DNA of 64,000 bases from assembly GCF_006345805.1 (NCBI RefSeq), contig NC_043014.1, positions 20,274,001 through 20,338,000 on the forward strand, read 5' to 3'. The notes under the pieces were generated by a model that had not been told where the DNA came from, made no database searches, and saw nothing but the letters and a program-made list of their open reading frames with translations. A program made the position numbers and the translations under genes. Source of the stretch: Octopus sinensis. Its lineage: Eukaryota. Of the stretch, positions 37,425 through 51,157 are shown in pieces; positions within the stretch are counted from its first letter, which is position 1, and every line of letters begins with the position of its first letter.

Positions 37425-38627
37425 CACCCTATACCAAAAGTAAAAGGAAAAGTTCGCTGTGGGACAAAACCGTTGTAGTTCAGGCTTCTACCTCTAGAAG
37501 CCACTTGATGCGACCCTAAACCATCAGTGTGACAACTGGCGTCATCGGGTGTGCTGCCATAACATGCATCTTTATTTTGCAGTGCTTCTTCAATGTTCGT
37601 CGATTTTTGCAATGGTCGAAATGAAGGAACAGCGGGCTTCTGTAAAATTCTGTTTTCCACAGAAGAAAACAGAGACCAAAAACAGTTGTCATGCTTCAAA
37701 CAGCCTACAATGCCGTTGCCATGAGCAAAACACAAGTCTATGAGTGGTTATCACGCTTTAGGAATGATCACATGCCGTTTGAAGACCAACGTAGTTCGAG
37801 GTGACCGTCACTTCCCGAACGAATAAAAACATCATGAAAATTCACGAAATGATCTTGGAGGACCGTCACCGAACAGTTGATGAACTTATTGATATGACTG
37901 ATGTGTCCTTGAGCTCCTGCCAACGAATTTTGAGCGAGGAATTGCGAATGAAGAGAGTTGCATCAAAATTTGTTCTCTTGTTCACAAAATATCAAGAGGA
38001 ATCACTATTGAAATCATGTTGTGAACTGAAAAAAAAAAGAACGGATAGAATTTGATCCGAACCTTTTCGGAAGGTCATCACTGGTGACTAAAGCTGATGC
38101 TACGGCTACGACCCGGAATCGAAGCAGCAATCAAGTCACAGGAAGCATTCAATATCACCACGCCCCGCAAAAGCACGTCAAGTGAAGTCCAATGGCAAGA
38201 CGATGCTGATTTGTTTCATTGATTTTAAACGAATTGCCACACTGGAATTGTTCCTCCTGTTGAAACTGCTAATCAGACATTTTACTTGACAGTTCCGAAG
38301 CGTTTGCGAGACGCGGTGAGACGAAAACACCCCGAGCGGTTGCAACAAAGCACCTGCGCACACCACCTTGTGTGTGACACGGTTTTTGCCAAAAATGGCA
38401 TGACTTCGCTTAACCACTCTCCCTACTCACCAGAACTTGCTCCTTGCGACTTTTTCGGTTCCTGCGAATGAAAAAGCGTCCTTAAAGGAAAAGGTTTTGT
38501 AGATGAGGAAGAGGTAAAGAAAAAAAACGACGGAGGCGTTAAAAGGCCTCACTTCACAAGAGTTCCGGAACTGCTTTGAAGAGTGGGAAACGCGTCTAGA
38601 CCGATGCATTGCTTCAAATGGAGGATA
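37425..38627 (+). mobile_element. Decayed mariner (DD34D) transposon, right end overwritten by a SINE
   Basis: MVEMKEQRASVKFCF, RTVDELIDM, VITGD*S, decayed HDNAPAH (reads NKAPAH), YSPELAPCDF, W..RLDRCIASNG; frameshifts. Confidence 0.92.
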
Positions 38628-38634
38628 CAGGTAC

Positions 38635-38770
38635 TACTCATTTTTACCAGCTGAATGAACTGAAGCAATGTGAAATAAAATGTCTTGCTCAAGGACACAA
38701 CACGTCAACGGGAATTGAACTCACGACCTTACGATCGTGAGCTGAATGCCCTAACTACTAAACCACGCGT
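38635..38770 (-). mobile_element. CORE-type tRNA SINE
   Basis: Minus strand: 'gtggtttagtagttagggc...gagttcaattcccg...gtgtccttgagcaagacattttatttcac'. Confidence 0.75.
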
Positions 38771-39661
38771 ACATATAATGAAATCTACTGTGATTTTCCA
38801 TTCATTCCAGATATACTTTTGTAACATAGCTTGAAGCTTTCTATCCGTAAATAAGCATTTCTCAAGAGAGCATAGGAAATACATTGCCTTTATTGTTCAT
38901 AAGGTGAATATTAGTTACCCGCGTTTAGCTTCGTTGATATTCGTTACAGTATTCCATGCGACAAGAGGAACAGGCAAGCATCGACAATGTCTCTCTCTAA
39001 CCAATATCCTAACCGTAACCCTAACGAAACCCCACCAAAATTCCCTCCCACTGAGAGAAACTTGCAATTAAATGGTTGCAGTCATAAAGGCTATCTCTCT
39101 CTCAGTACAACCAACCGCATCACAAAACACTGCACTGTGATAACAGCCAATATTTCAAGGGAAGATTTATGCAACACATATTCCTTTGAGCGTGTAGCCC
39201 CCACCACACAACCAATTCAGGCAAATAGTCCAAGACCAAGAACACAAGTTACCTAGCACCACAGAGAGCTTCTTTCACGGAAAACCTATATACTCGTATT
39301 CAAACATCGTATTCAAAATTCTACATTTTTTACCGACGGAATATACTGCAGCAGCCTACACTATGTATCCACAGGGAAATCCTGTTGCTGTCACCACGGA
39401 TAAATTCAGTTAATAAGCTTGAGACTAGTGTCCGCAAATAATCTAGAAAATCACCGTCAATTTCAGTTATAGTGCATACAATCCCTACTGTCAGCAGTAG
39501 ATTACTTCCTTTCTACATTTAATCTTCGAGGCTCGACCAAAATTATAGCACGCATCTATGTTTGACATGAAAACCGACATATAACCTAGCACCAACTCAG
39601 AATGATGAGTTGCTTCCAATTTTCATACGTTCGTTCATCAGCATACACACATTGCCACATA

Positions 39662-39710
<49 letters not shown>

Positions 39711-39894
39711 GCATATGTGTGTGTGTGTGTAAGCATATGTGTGTGTGTGCGTGCGTGTCTGTGTGGAGTGTTTGGGAGTGGGTGTGTGTATGTCTGTATG
39801 CATGTGTATATGCACGTGTATGCATATATAAATACGTTTATATATGTGTCCGTACCGATAGACAGTTGACAATGTGGATTCGTTCCCCCAAGAG

Positions 39895-40092
39895 TGCAGC
39901 AGCCGTGGCTGTGTAGAAGGTCTTTGGTTTCTAACGGTATTGTACCGAATTCAATATCGCTGCTTGGCACATTGGGCAAGTGTCTTCTACTATGGCGTTA
40001 GTCAAACGAAAAACGTGTGAATTGAATCTGTACATAGAAACTGAAAGAAGCACATACTTCATATATATATAATATAATATATAATATATATA

Positions 40093-40152
<60 letters not shown>

Positions 40153-40535
40153 TATGGGTACAGGACATCAAAAAAACGTTGAACACAATGAGAAACGAAA
40201 ACATAAAAACAAAAAACATAGAAACGAACTATTTTTCAAACAACGAAAAAAAACAGAGAAACGAGACATACAACACAAGGAATATTCCCCTTCTTCAGTT
40301 GTCCATGTTTCATCTACTCTGCGTTATGTACGTATGCAATATATATTATATATATATATTATATAATATATATATATATATATTACACACACACACACAC
40401 ACCACATATATAGATATATATATGTCTCTGTGTGTGAGAGCATGTCTTTGCCCTAGTACACCACAGATTGACAACTAGTATTAGCATGTTCACATACTCA
40501 AAACTAGCGGTTCGTCAAAAAGAATAAGTATCAGG
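39895..40535 (+). mobile_element. Family a SINE interrupted in its internal microsatellite by a family D element
   Basis: Head about 39895-40060, family D element 40146-40325 (minus), decayed tail about 40440-40535. Confidence 0.7.
40146..40325 (-). mobile_element. Family D short (TA)n-associated element
   Basis: Shares 'gtagatgaaac..gacaactga(a/t)gaagggg...cctgtacccatat' with 49437-49612, 53726-53975, 57568-57753 and the partial copy at 48246-48348. Confidence 0.7.
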
Positions 40536-40983
40536 TTTGAAAAATATACATGTGTGTGTTTTGTATCTGTATGTATACAAATATACCTATATACATATAA
40601 GTGTGTGCTTCCGTGAGAGAGTGCGCGCGTGTGTGTGTGTATCTTACTTTCACATGCATATTATATATATCCTTCCCATAATCACGATATATATAATATA
40701 TAATATTCATGTTATATACATATATATATATATGTTCCAGTTATTTATTTGTGTGTATATATACCTTGATAATGTATTTATATTATCTGTATATAATGTG
40801 TATGTCATATTTTATATAACATGCTTATATATTACAATACGCATATTTCAGTTATACATATACATCTGTTTATATATATAACTATGTGTGTGTGTGTGTA
40901 GACTGTGAGTGTGCGCGTATGTGTGTGTTGTGTTTACATATAGTTACACACGCACAAACACATAAACATATATATGTATATGC

Positions 40984-41042
<59 letters not shown>

Positions 41043-41241
41043 CATTATATATAGCATTATATATATATACATTTATATAACATATATATATATATATATT
41101 ATATATATAATATATATATATATGCTGTAGTGTTTATTTCGTTGACATTTTGACTATTTCCTTTCCTGTGAACATGTATGTTTCAAGGAGGACACTATCA
41201 TGGGATCAAGTTAGATCATTATTTTAATTTTTACGGATTGC

Positions 41242-41285
<44 letters not shown>

Positions 41286-41921
41286 TATTATATTATTATT
41301 ATTATTATTATTATTAATATTAATATTATTAACATCATCATCATGATCATTATCATCATCATCATATAATTGCTATGTCGTTTATTTTTTTATAACGTTT
41401 GTTGTTTGAGTGGTGCTTATTGTCAATTAGTTGATGATATGACGCTGGAACTATTATTGATCAGTGGATTATCTGCGTTTAAATTGACATATGGAGAGAC
41501 GCAGGAGCAGAACTATGACCTGAATGATGCCATATACTAATGTAATAAGAGATACGAGGAAGAATTTTGTCACCAATCAACTGACTGCTTGATCCTTGTT
41601 TCCTTTCAATGCCATATGATGTGTGTATTTGTATCACCTTTTAAACATAGACATTGCCGTCACATTGTTCGATTACTATATCATACCATTAGTGCTTTTT
41701 CATATACATGAAAGCGTACACAAAGACACTCACACACACAAACACACACATATGCATATACACGTATAAACATGCATATATACTATTTTATTTTTACTAT
41801 TTTACATGTTTCAGTCATTTGACTGCGGCCATGCTGGAGCACCACCTTTAGTCGAGGAAATCGACCCCAGGACTTATTTTTTGTAAGCCTAGTACTTATT
41901 CTATCAGTCTCTTTTGCCGAA

Positions 41922-41999
<78 letters not shown>

Positions 42000-43641
42000 T
42001 ATATACATATATATATACATATATATATATATACGTATAAATTTTTAAACATATATGTATGACTATATATATATTATATATATGTATATATATACACACA
42101 CATATATATACATATATATATATATGTGTATGTGTTTGTGTGTGTTTGTGTGTGTACTGATATATATTTAATCATATATATGCATATAATTAAATATATA
42201 TTTTTACCTATACATATATTTACTCACAAATACACACAAACGCACATACACAGCTTTATTCTTTTGGTATGTAATCTTTTACTTGTGTCAGTCACTGGAT
42301 TGCGACCATGCTGGAACCGGACGTGCTTACGCAAACACAGACACCTTACATTGTATTTCTGCATAGGCGTGTGAAGTTTTTGTGCAACGCGTTAAGCCAA
42401 AATACTCCAGCATTGCCTTTTAACATCACCACTGGTCGATCCTATTTAAACAATTCATAGCGTAAATACCTATTTCTTCTTATGATTGATCACGCGCGTA
42501 GTACAATACGCTATCATATTAAATACTGGCACCCGTCGGTTACGACCACGAGGGTTCCAGCTGATTCAATCAAGGGACAGCCTTCTCGTGCAATTAACAT
42601 GCAATTGGCTGAGCACTCCACAGACACGCGTACCCTTCACGTAGCTCCCAGGAAGATAGAGCGTAGCATAGAATATGATAAGGCTGCCCCTTCGAAATAT
42701 AAGTACAACACATTTTTTGCCAGTTGAGTGAAATAAATTGTTTTTGCAAAGGACAAAACATGCTGCCGGGATTCGATCTCACAACCTTGATACTGTAGTG
42801 TATTCTTAGGAAAGACCGTAGACGCCTTGTATGTAAATATATATTTTTACACACACGCACACATATGATATACATATCAAAATGCAAGTTCCCGCGAAAC
42901 AGACGGAAAGTATATGATTCAGGCTTTAAAAAATGTACTGGGAGCAATTCGTTCGACTAAAGTTTATCAATTGATGTCCCAGTATTTGGATAAAATATAT
43001 TACTTAGTTACACCACCTCACGCGTGCGTGTTTAACAATACTTGAATGTCACTCATATAACGAAGTTTTAAAATTTGATTGAATTGTTAATTTTTCAGAG
43101 ATTGTGTAATTCGTGTTATTCTTAACTAGCGTTCGTCCTGGCAGGCGTCAGCGTTTTCGTGTCAAACCGCAACTACTCACCACAGATTTCCTTCGGATAC
43201 GTAGGGAAACATATAGCGTTCTAAATACTGGTTGTAATGGCAACTGAATCTATACTACGATATATTATGGTGGGTGCATGCATGTAAGTATGTATCTAGT
43301 TTTCAAGTTGTAGGTCAAAGCTTTGCCTCAAGATAGCTGAAGTTCTGCAGTGCTGCACATCTCTTCAAAGAAATAGCCATAGACTATTTGAATCTTTCTG
43401 ACATTCCTTAGTTTATGTATCCTACCACACAACTACGAATATTCTATATGCTCAAACACTGCAAAGCAGATCAGAACATTTCTGAGTAAGTGAAGCGTAA
43501 TACTAATACATCTGTTTGTTTTCTACACCACCTGTCTTCGTCTTTTGTTTTTTTCGTGAATTCTCCTTATATATATATATATATATATATATATGAGCAA
43601 TAATAAATCTTTGAGCGAGATATAAACAGTAGCAGCCCGAC

Positions 43642-43722
43642 ATCGTGTAGTATATTTGCCACCTAAATGTGTGTCAATAGTCAGCAGGATTAGCCACATT
43701 TAGGTGGCAAATATACTTCACG

Positions 43723-43724
<2 letters not shown>
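43642..43724. repeat. 30-bp inverted repeat (29 of 30 matching) with a 23-nt spacer
   Basis: atcgtgtagtatatttgccacctaaatgtg / cacatttaggtggcaaatatacttcacgat. Confidence 0.9.
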
Positions 43725-43760
<36 letters not shown>

Positions 43761-43917
43761 TTGTGTAACGTAACAGTTTAAAAAAAAACATTGGTTTCAT
43801 ATCTAGCGTGAACTAGACATCTCTTCAGTTTTTCTAAATGATAATTCTTCTCTGCAAAGAAGTTTTTTTTAAACACAAGAGCGCCAGTGATAGTTCAAGA
43901 AATATTCCTCTTTAAAC

Positions 43918-43977
<60 letters not shown>

Positions 43978-43994
43978 TATATATATACACATAT

Positions 43995-44597
43995 ATATGG
44001 ACGGGCGAGTTTTCTTCCTTCGCTTGATAGCTGCGTTTTCCAATTGTGAAGTAAAAATTTCCGAAAATGTGGACAACTCACCACGGCTTCCATCCTGGAG
44101 TTCAGGTAGCCTCCTAGCTTACGTGAGTTCATAAGGTTTATGTGAGTTCTTTCTGCCACACACAATTTACATAGTCTTGTTCCATTGCGATAAGGTTCGC
44201 AAGTTTCCAGTCATTTCTACCTGATGTTAAAGGGCGCATGATCGTCCTTTAGGCGCCATACGTATGCTGCGTGTGTTGTAGTGCTGCGTCTCTCCTGGAC
44301 ACTGAAAGAAGATCTGTGGTTGTTCAGACTAATTTTAAATTTGGATTCACAAATCCGACATAAATTTTAGTGCGTGACCCTGTGTTGGCATTGATATTAC
44401 TGATATTTGTGCTGCATCTGTTTGAGGCTATCTTTGCTTTGTACACTGTAGCCTCGGTGTTGCATCGGCTGTCCACTGGGCATACATTTCTGATCCTGCA
44501 TGAACAACTTGCCTCTGTCCGTGGTTTAGGAGTGCCAAGTAATTTTTCTTAACATTGGGTGCACAACTAAAAGAGTCTTGTTCCACTGCGATAAGGT
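43995..44597 (-). mobile_element. Hydra-type PLE GIY-YIG endonuclease fragment
   Basis: Hand translation: SCSCRIRNVCPVDSRCNTEATVYKAKI...KIYVG / ESKFKISLNNHRSSF...YVWRLKD...PYRNGTRLCKLCVAER...LNSRMEAVVSCPH; one frameshift and two stops. Confidence 0.88.
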
Positions 44598-44752
44598 CCT
44601 TTCTATTGGACTTTCCTCTCTTTCTGAAGAAGAGCGTTGCTCGAAACGTTAAACCATTTTCCTTTCCTTCCTGAGCGTCTGCTAATAGTTTACATATACC
44701 ACGTCCTCACGTTCTTGTTTTTTTGTGTTTGTTGTTCTTTTTCGGATGTACT
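44598..44752 (+). mobile_element. Family B terminus with intact HHR core, joined in inverted orientation to the endonuclease fragment
   Basis: TTT-CTGAAGA-A-GAGC(GTT)GCTC-GAAA-C-GTT-AAAC at 44620-44654. Confidence 0.75.
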
Positions 44753-45546
44753 ATATATGTATGTATGTATGTATAAATATAAATTTATGTATGTATATCT
44801 ATGATTAAGTGTGCTTGTGTGTATGTACGAGTGTGTGTGTTTATATGTGCGTGTGTTTCTGTGTGCCTGCTTGTCTCTTTACATATGTATACACAGGACT
44901 ACAAGTATGTACATGCAATTTATTTCCCTTTACCTTTGTATCGTTACTGATTTTATCGAAGTCATTGTTGTTTGCCTATCATCAATTTGTGATGGCAATA
45001 CAATAAAATGCTTTCGGCTGTTACAACATTGTCAGTTAATGTTGCTCTTACCGTTGTTGCTGTCGTTGTTGTTGCTGCAACGTATCTAGCTTCAGAAGTA
45101 GTGTGTAGTATGATTGCTCTTAATTCTCAGAAAGAAGTAGCAATGCTGTCTTGTATTTTCTTGCTTTTGTTGTGGTGCTGTATTTAACTGAAATTGGCGG
45201 TAATAATTCAGGATTCTGTACATTTAATGACAATGTTTGCTATTTAATTTTTACCCTCCACCTTCTCTTTTTGTTTTTCACTCCCCTTCCTCTCAGGTTT
45301 CGGACATTTCTCATGCACCTATCAGTGAAACTCGTTTTGTCAAATGACAAATATACGGGTACACGCAAACTTACAGACACGCTCATATATGTGTGTGTGT
45401 ATATATAACGGTATAATTATAGATATATATATAATATAATTATATATATATATATACATACATATAGTATGTATGTATGTATGTATGTATGTATGTATGT
45501 ATAAATGTTAAAAGATATACATATGTGTGGGTATATATATATATAT

Positions 45547-45581
<35 letters not shown>

Positions 45582-46457
45582 ACGCATATATATATATATA
45601 TGTTATAATCTAAACTGCGTCCTCGTGAAGCACATCTGTATATTCCATTCCCATAATCCAAAATTGCATGTAGGAGTTATAATTGTGTGAGACATGCACA
45701 AGAGTTTAAAAACACAGGAAAATATGTTTTCCAGAATAATTACAAGTCAGAACAGGAGACTTGAATTTGTTTTTGTTTTAGTATCATTTATTCACAATTA
45801 CACATGTTTCATTTGCTAATAGGCGTGTCCCCTATTAGCGATTCTACTTCGATAATCAAATAATACATGATTTACATTGTTTGAAGCTTCTATATACAGC
45901 CAGTAATTAAGATTCTTGTATATATAATGGTGGAAGCGTTTTCAGATATGGATGTAATAAACGTAAGCTCATACGCATTCAAATTCATGTGTACATGTAC
46001 CTACACATACGCGCACACACACACACACACACACATACTTACATATATACATACACACACACATACACACAATGATGGACATTCAATGTCATTCAAGAAA
46101 TGCTTTTTGGCTACTTCCTTGGCAAGAACACAAAGATTTCTTATAGACAAGAGACACCCCTTCTCTAACACTTTGAACTCAGTACCAAACTATATTTAAG
46201 GAAGACTTCAACGAAAATCCTCCAGACCTGTTCTTGACCCCCGGACAGAAGAAAAACTGTTTTTACTTCAAATTTTTATAAATTTTTACTGATATTTGAT
46301 AAGATGAGATTCATCGAAACCGCTAATATTTTGTTTAAATATTTTTTTATTAAATTCCCCCTTCAATTGAAATGTCTTAGGCTTACATCTGCGATATTTG
46401 CACCTCCAGATTTAATATACATATATATATGTATATACATTTGTGTGTGTGTGTGTA

Positions 46458-47223
46458 CGAGGAGGTTCCTAAAAGTAACCTGAAACGTTCTGTTTGGGAC
46501 AAGCCCGTTGTAGTACCGCAAGAAGCCATTTGATGCAACCTTAAGCCACACTGCCACGTGGTACACCTTTGTTTTGCAGTGCTTCCCCCCTGTTTATCGA
46601 TTTTGAAGGAACATCATGCTTCAGTGAAATTTTGTTTTTCGCTGGGGAAAACGGCAGCCAAAACAATTCTATCTACTTACAACGCCGCTGCCATGAGCAA
46701 AACAAGTTTACCAGTGTTCTTCATGCTTTATGAATGGTCACTTATCGCTTGAAGTCCAACCTCGTTCAGGGCGACTGTCGGCCTCCCGAACTAATGAACT
46801 GATCTTAGAGGACTGTTGCCGAACAATTGACGAACTTATTGATATGACCGCTGTGTCCTGGAGCTCCTGTCAACGAGTTTCGAGCGAGGAATTGCGAATG
46901 AATAGAATTGCAGCAAAATCTGTGTCATGAGACTGAATGCATGTCGTGAACTGAAAGAACAGTTGGAAGTTAATCCGACCCTATTTTCGAAGGTCATCAC
47001 TAGTGACAAAAGCTGGTGCTACGGAATTTGAAGATGTGGAAGAGGTGAAGAAAAAAACGACGGAGGCGTTAAAAGGCATCACTTCGCAAGAGTTCCAGTG
47101 AAAAATGCGTCTAGACCGATGCATTTCTTGAAATGGAGAATACTTTGAAGCCGATAAAAGTATAAACTTGTAAAGCTTGGTGAATAAAATAATATTGCAA
47201 AATTTTTTGGGGGTACCCCTTCG
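46458..47223 (+). mobile_element. Internally deleted mariner with both TIRs and TA target duplication
   Basis: TA|cgaggaggttcc ... gggtaccccttcg|TA. N-terminal HTH region joins at TSDKSWCYG directly to the C-terminus; same family as 37425-38627. Confidence 0.88.
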
Positions 47224-48396
47224 TATATTCATGCACGTGGTCACATACACAGTGTGAATTGCATGTATAGGCATAGATATTGATGTGTGTTCAGCAAACT
47301 TTTTTCTCAAACACAGAGTTCCACCTTCGATCCATTTGTTCGGTACATTACGTGAATATCTTCTATCATAGCTTCACTTTAACCCCAAAACGGATGTGAT
47401 ATTTCACCTCTCTGATTGATTTTCACCAAACCGGAGTACCCTGAAAGATTTTTTGTTACATGAGTAATCCGCTACAAGCATACTGACACATTTCGCTCCC
47501 GAAATAATATTAAGAAAATATATGCTTATAGAAAATCCTCTACAACTGTAACTTTGTAGCATTTAATAAAAACATTAGTAATTTAACACATGATATTATA
47601 TCAATATTACGTAAACATATCCCAGACATCGAGCTGATGCAATCTCTGTTTACAAAAATGTATTATTAGATTTGAAAACAAATCACGACTAAATTATACC
47701 ACGAAACCGCAATTACAGAATTATTATGAAGAAAATCAGCTTCAACTAATGAATCTTCAACGAATTTACACATACAGCATCTTACCACGGAAACGAGAAT
47801 AGGATGAGAGCTGATGGAATATCGTTCAAAATTTGACCAATATTTTTAGTCTCGCTGCTATTTTCTTGTCAACAAGCAAGTGTTATATCATGGTACAATG
47901 AGCAGTGGTCTGTGGTGTGAAATATAAGAATAGCAGCCAACGTATTTCAAAGTCTGAATACTTAGTTTACTATTATGATGCATAATCACGTGAGCCTAAC
48001 ATTAAAGATGAATTTACCAACTCTGGAGGATATGACGAGCTCACCAATTAAAACAAAGACTATACGCTCCAACTATGAATAGAATATGATACGCGGAAAA
48101 TGTTCAGAAGCAAATGATTATATATATGTGTATGTGTGTGTATACGCGTGCGTGTGCGGGTTTAAATGCCTGAGGAGTGTTGGATAGAAGCCATTATTTC
48201 TATATTTTCGCATGAAATTCTCCTTTTGTATATATGCTTCCATATATGTTGCCTGTCTCATTTCCTTATTTGTTTCTTTCGTTGTTCATGATATTCTTTT
48301 TGATGTTGTTCACGTTTATTTTTTGACGTCCTGTACCCATATATGCATGTGTATATAGATATATGTGTAGGTATGTACTTTTTATGTATGTATATA

Positions 48397-48434
<38 letters not shown>

Positions 48435-48503
48435 GGAGTAAACACATAAATGTGAAACAAGGTGGAAAAAAGAGTACTCAAATACCAGTGGTAGAGTAAT
48501 ATG

Positions 48504-48674
48504 CTTTATTTTAAGCAGCAGAAAATTCAACAAATCTGTTACTCTGGAGTTTCTCGTTGCCGTTCATCAGACAGTTTATGCTAGACAGTTTTTTCTAGCA
48601 AAAACTGTCTGATGAACGGCAACTAGAAACTCAGAGTAACAGATTTTGTTGAATTTTCTGCTGCTTAAAATAAA

Positions 48675-48675
<1 letters not shown>
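48504..48675. repeat. 172-bp palindrome of two family C termini, each with an HHR-like motif
   Basis: Arms 48504-48584 and 48595-48675 differ at 4 positions (two indels, two substitutions); 10-nt spacer. Confidence 0.92.
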
Positions 48676-48707
<32 letters not shown>

Positions 48708-48810
48708 CATATATATATATTTATATTATATATATATATTATATATATATATGTATATGTATATATAATATATTATATATATATATATTATATATATATA
48801 ATATATATAT

Positions 48811-48856
48811 ATATAACAATTAAGGAGTGACCCTAACAGCTCCTTAATTGTTATAT
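48811..48856. repeat. Perfect 17-bp inverted repeat with a 12-nt loop inside (TA)n
   Basis: atataacaattaaggag-tgaccctaacag-ctccttaattgttatat. Confidence 0.9.
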
Positions 48857-48944
48857 TATATATTTAGTCGATGACTATTTTTCTTTTCCACCAGGCCGCT
48901 GGTAGCGATAGATTTCTATTGAATTTTTTGCTACCCTAAATTGA

Positions 48945-48981
<37 letters not shown>

Positions 48982-49729
48982 CATACGCATTCATTTCAAA
49001 GTAAGTTTTATCTAAATAATTCCGATGCGACATTATACCACTATCCTAACACTATCTGTATTCTCCCTTTCTTCCTCTTTCTTTCTTTTTTTCTCTCCCA
49101 CCTTTTCTATAATTCTTCTCCTTTCCTTCACTGCTCTCTATATGTCCCTCTCTCTCCCTAACTCTTCCTCATACTCATTCCTCACACGTGACCAGCGGCT
49201 ATCTTTCTTTCTCCTTACGCAACAAGAGACAACGCGCATTTTTGCCTGTCTCCTGTCAAAGTTGTTTCTCCAGCGTTCACCACGTCACCTCGTTATGGCT
49301 TAACAACCCTTACCGTTTGTTTTTACTGTCCTGTTTTTGTTGCCACTTTAACCCTCTACAAATCCGAAATTTTATATAATTTGCTTTGCAGGAACGACTG
49401 TTATGGCGAAGATTCATCTTGTCCTAACGTTCGCAAAACGGAGTAGATAAAACAGGCGACAGCTGATGAAGGGATCGTTCTTTATGTTGCCTGTCTCGTT
49501 TCTCTATTTGTTCCTTTCGTTGTTTGAAAAATGTTCGTTTTCCATGTTTTATTTTTCATGTTCCCGTTTTTCACGTTGTTCACGTTTTGAGGTTCTGTAC
49601 CCATATATGCATGTGTATATACATGTATATGTAGGTATGTACATGAATGTATATATGCATATGTATATTATTTATATTATTATATATATATATATTATAT
49701 ATATATATATTATATATAATATATATATA

Positions 49730-49767
<38 letters not shown>

Positions 49768-50799
49768 CATATATGTATGTGTATGCGTCTGAATACATAC
49801 CTAAATGCATACATACATATATACATACATAAATGCATACATATACATACATATAAACGTATACATACATCTATGTGCATATGTACATATATATGTATAT
49901 ATGTGGATACCCACATACACACATATATATACTACTTATGTATGTGTGTGAGCCTATCGATATGTACACGTATATCATGCAATACCGATGAGTGCCCATG
50001 GCCAGTTTACATCCCTGCTGATGTTATTCATAATAAAATATTGCTTGCTGCGTTATTATGTACCACTACGTATGTGTTTGTGTGTGAAATAGGGTATACT
50101 AACCCAGCTCACAATTTGGCTATTTGTGTGTGTGTGTATGTGTGCATGTGTGTGTGTGTGTGAGTGTGTGCATGTGTGTGGAGAGAGGGATATGAAGTAT
50201 GTGAATAACGCCATTAAAATACTGTCTCTCTCGCTCAACAAAAATACTTATTTAATCTTATTTTTTAGCTCTCTCCTTTGTCACTGATATTCTCTCTTCC
50301 TCTCTCTGTTTCTCCATATCCAGCTGCTGTTTTATTTTTCTCAGATTACTTCCATACCACGCATGAGAAACAATTAACTCTCCATTATTTCTTGTCATAC
50401 TATTTCTTGTTATACTATAGTATAATCAAGCTCTCATGGACTAAGGACTAAGGAAAACGTTTCAGGCAAAACGAGAAAGAAAACGTCAGGAAGTTTCTAC
50501 CTGACAGCTCACAGACCTTTAGACTATATACAGACCAGATCACCACTTTTTTTTTATTCTATTTTTCGCTTACTTGTCTATTAGATAATTGGCCCGTTAT
50601 TTGCTATCTATTTTATTTTCTCAACGTTTTTGCTTATTCAAAGATAAAATTTATTTTCAGCTATAACTTTAAAGCAGTTTCTTTCCTTAAAAAGTATTCA
50701 AAAGTACGTTTTTATCTTAATCAATCACATTTTCACTCTACATTCATAGCTGTTTACCTTTATCTGAACATATACGTATCTATCAAATATGTATTTTTC

Positions 50800-50992
50800 T
50801 AAACCTTGCCATAGAGCCAGCAATTTTGTGGGATGTGCTAAGTCGATTACGGTAACCCCCTGTACTTGAGTAGTACATCATCCTACGACCTTAAATGGAT
50901 GAAAGTCAAAGTTGCCCTCAGTGAGAGTTGAACTGAGAATGTAAAGAACCGAGAGAAACGCCGCTAAGCTGTTTGACCGACGCTCGCCGCCT
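50800..50992 (-). mobile_element. SINE family b, decayed
   Basis: Minus strand begins 'aaggcggcgagcg'; core 'ctttgactttcatcc'. Confidence 0.65.
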
Positions 50993-51108
50993 TCAAATAT
51001 ATGAGTAATGAATATGTTTAGTTTTATGCATACGTAAAGCACTTAACATCTCCAAGACATGTTATTCACGTGTTTTCTTAAGCACACACACACACACATG
51101 AATATATA

Positions 51109-51157
<49 letters not shown>

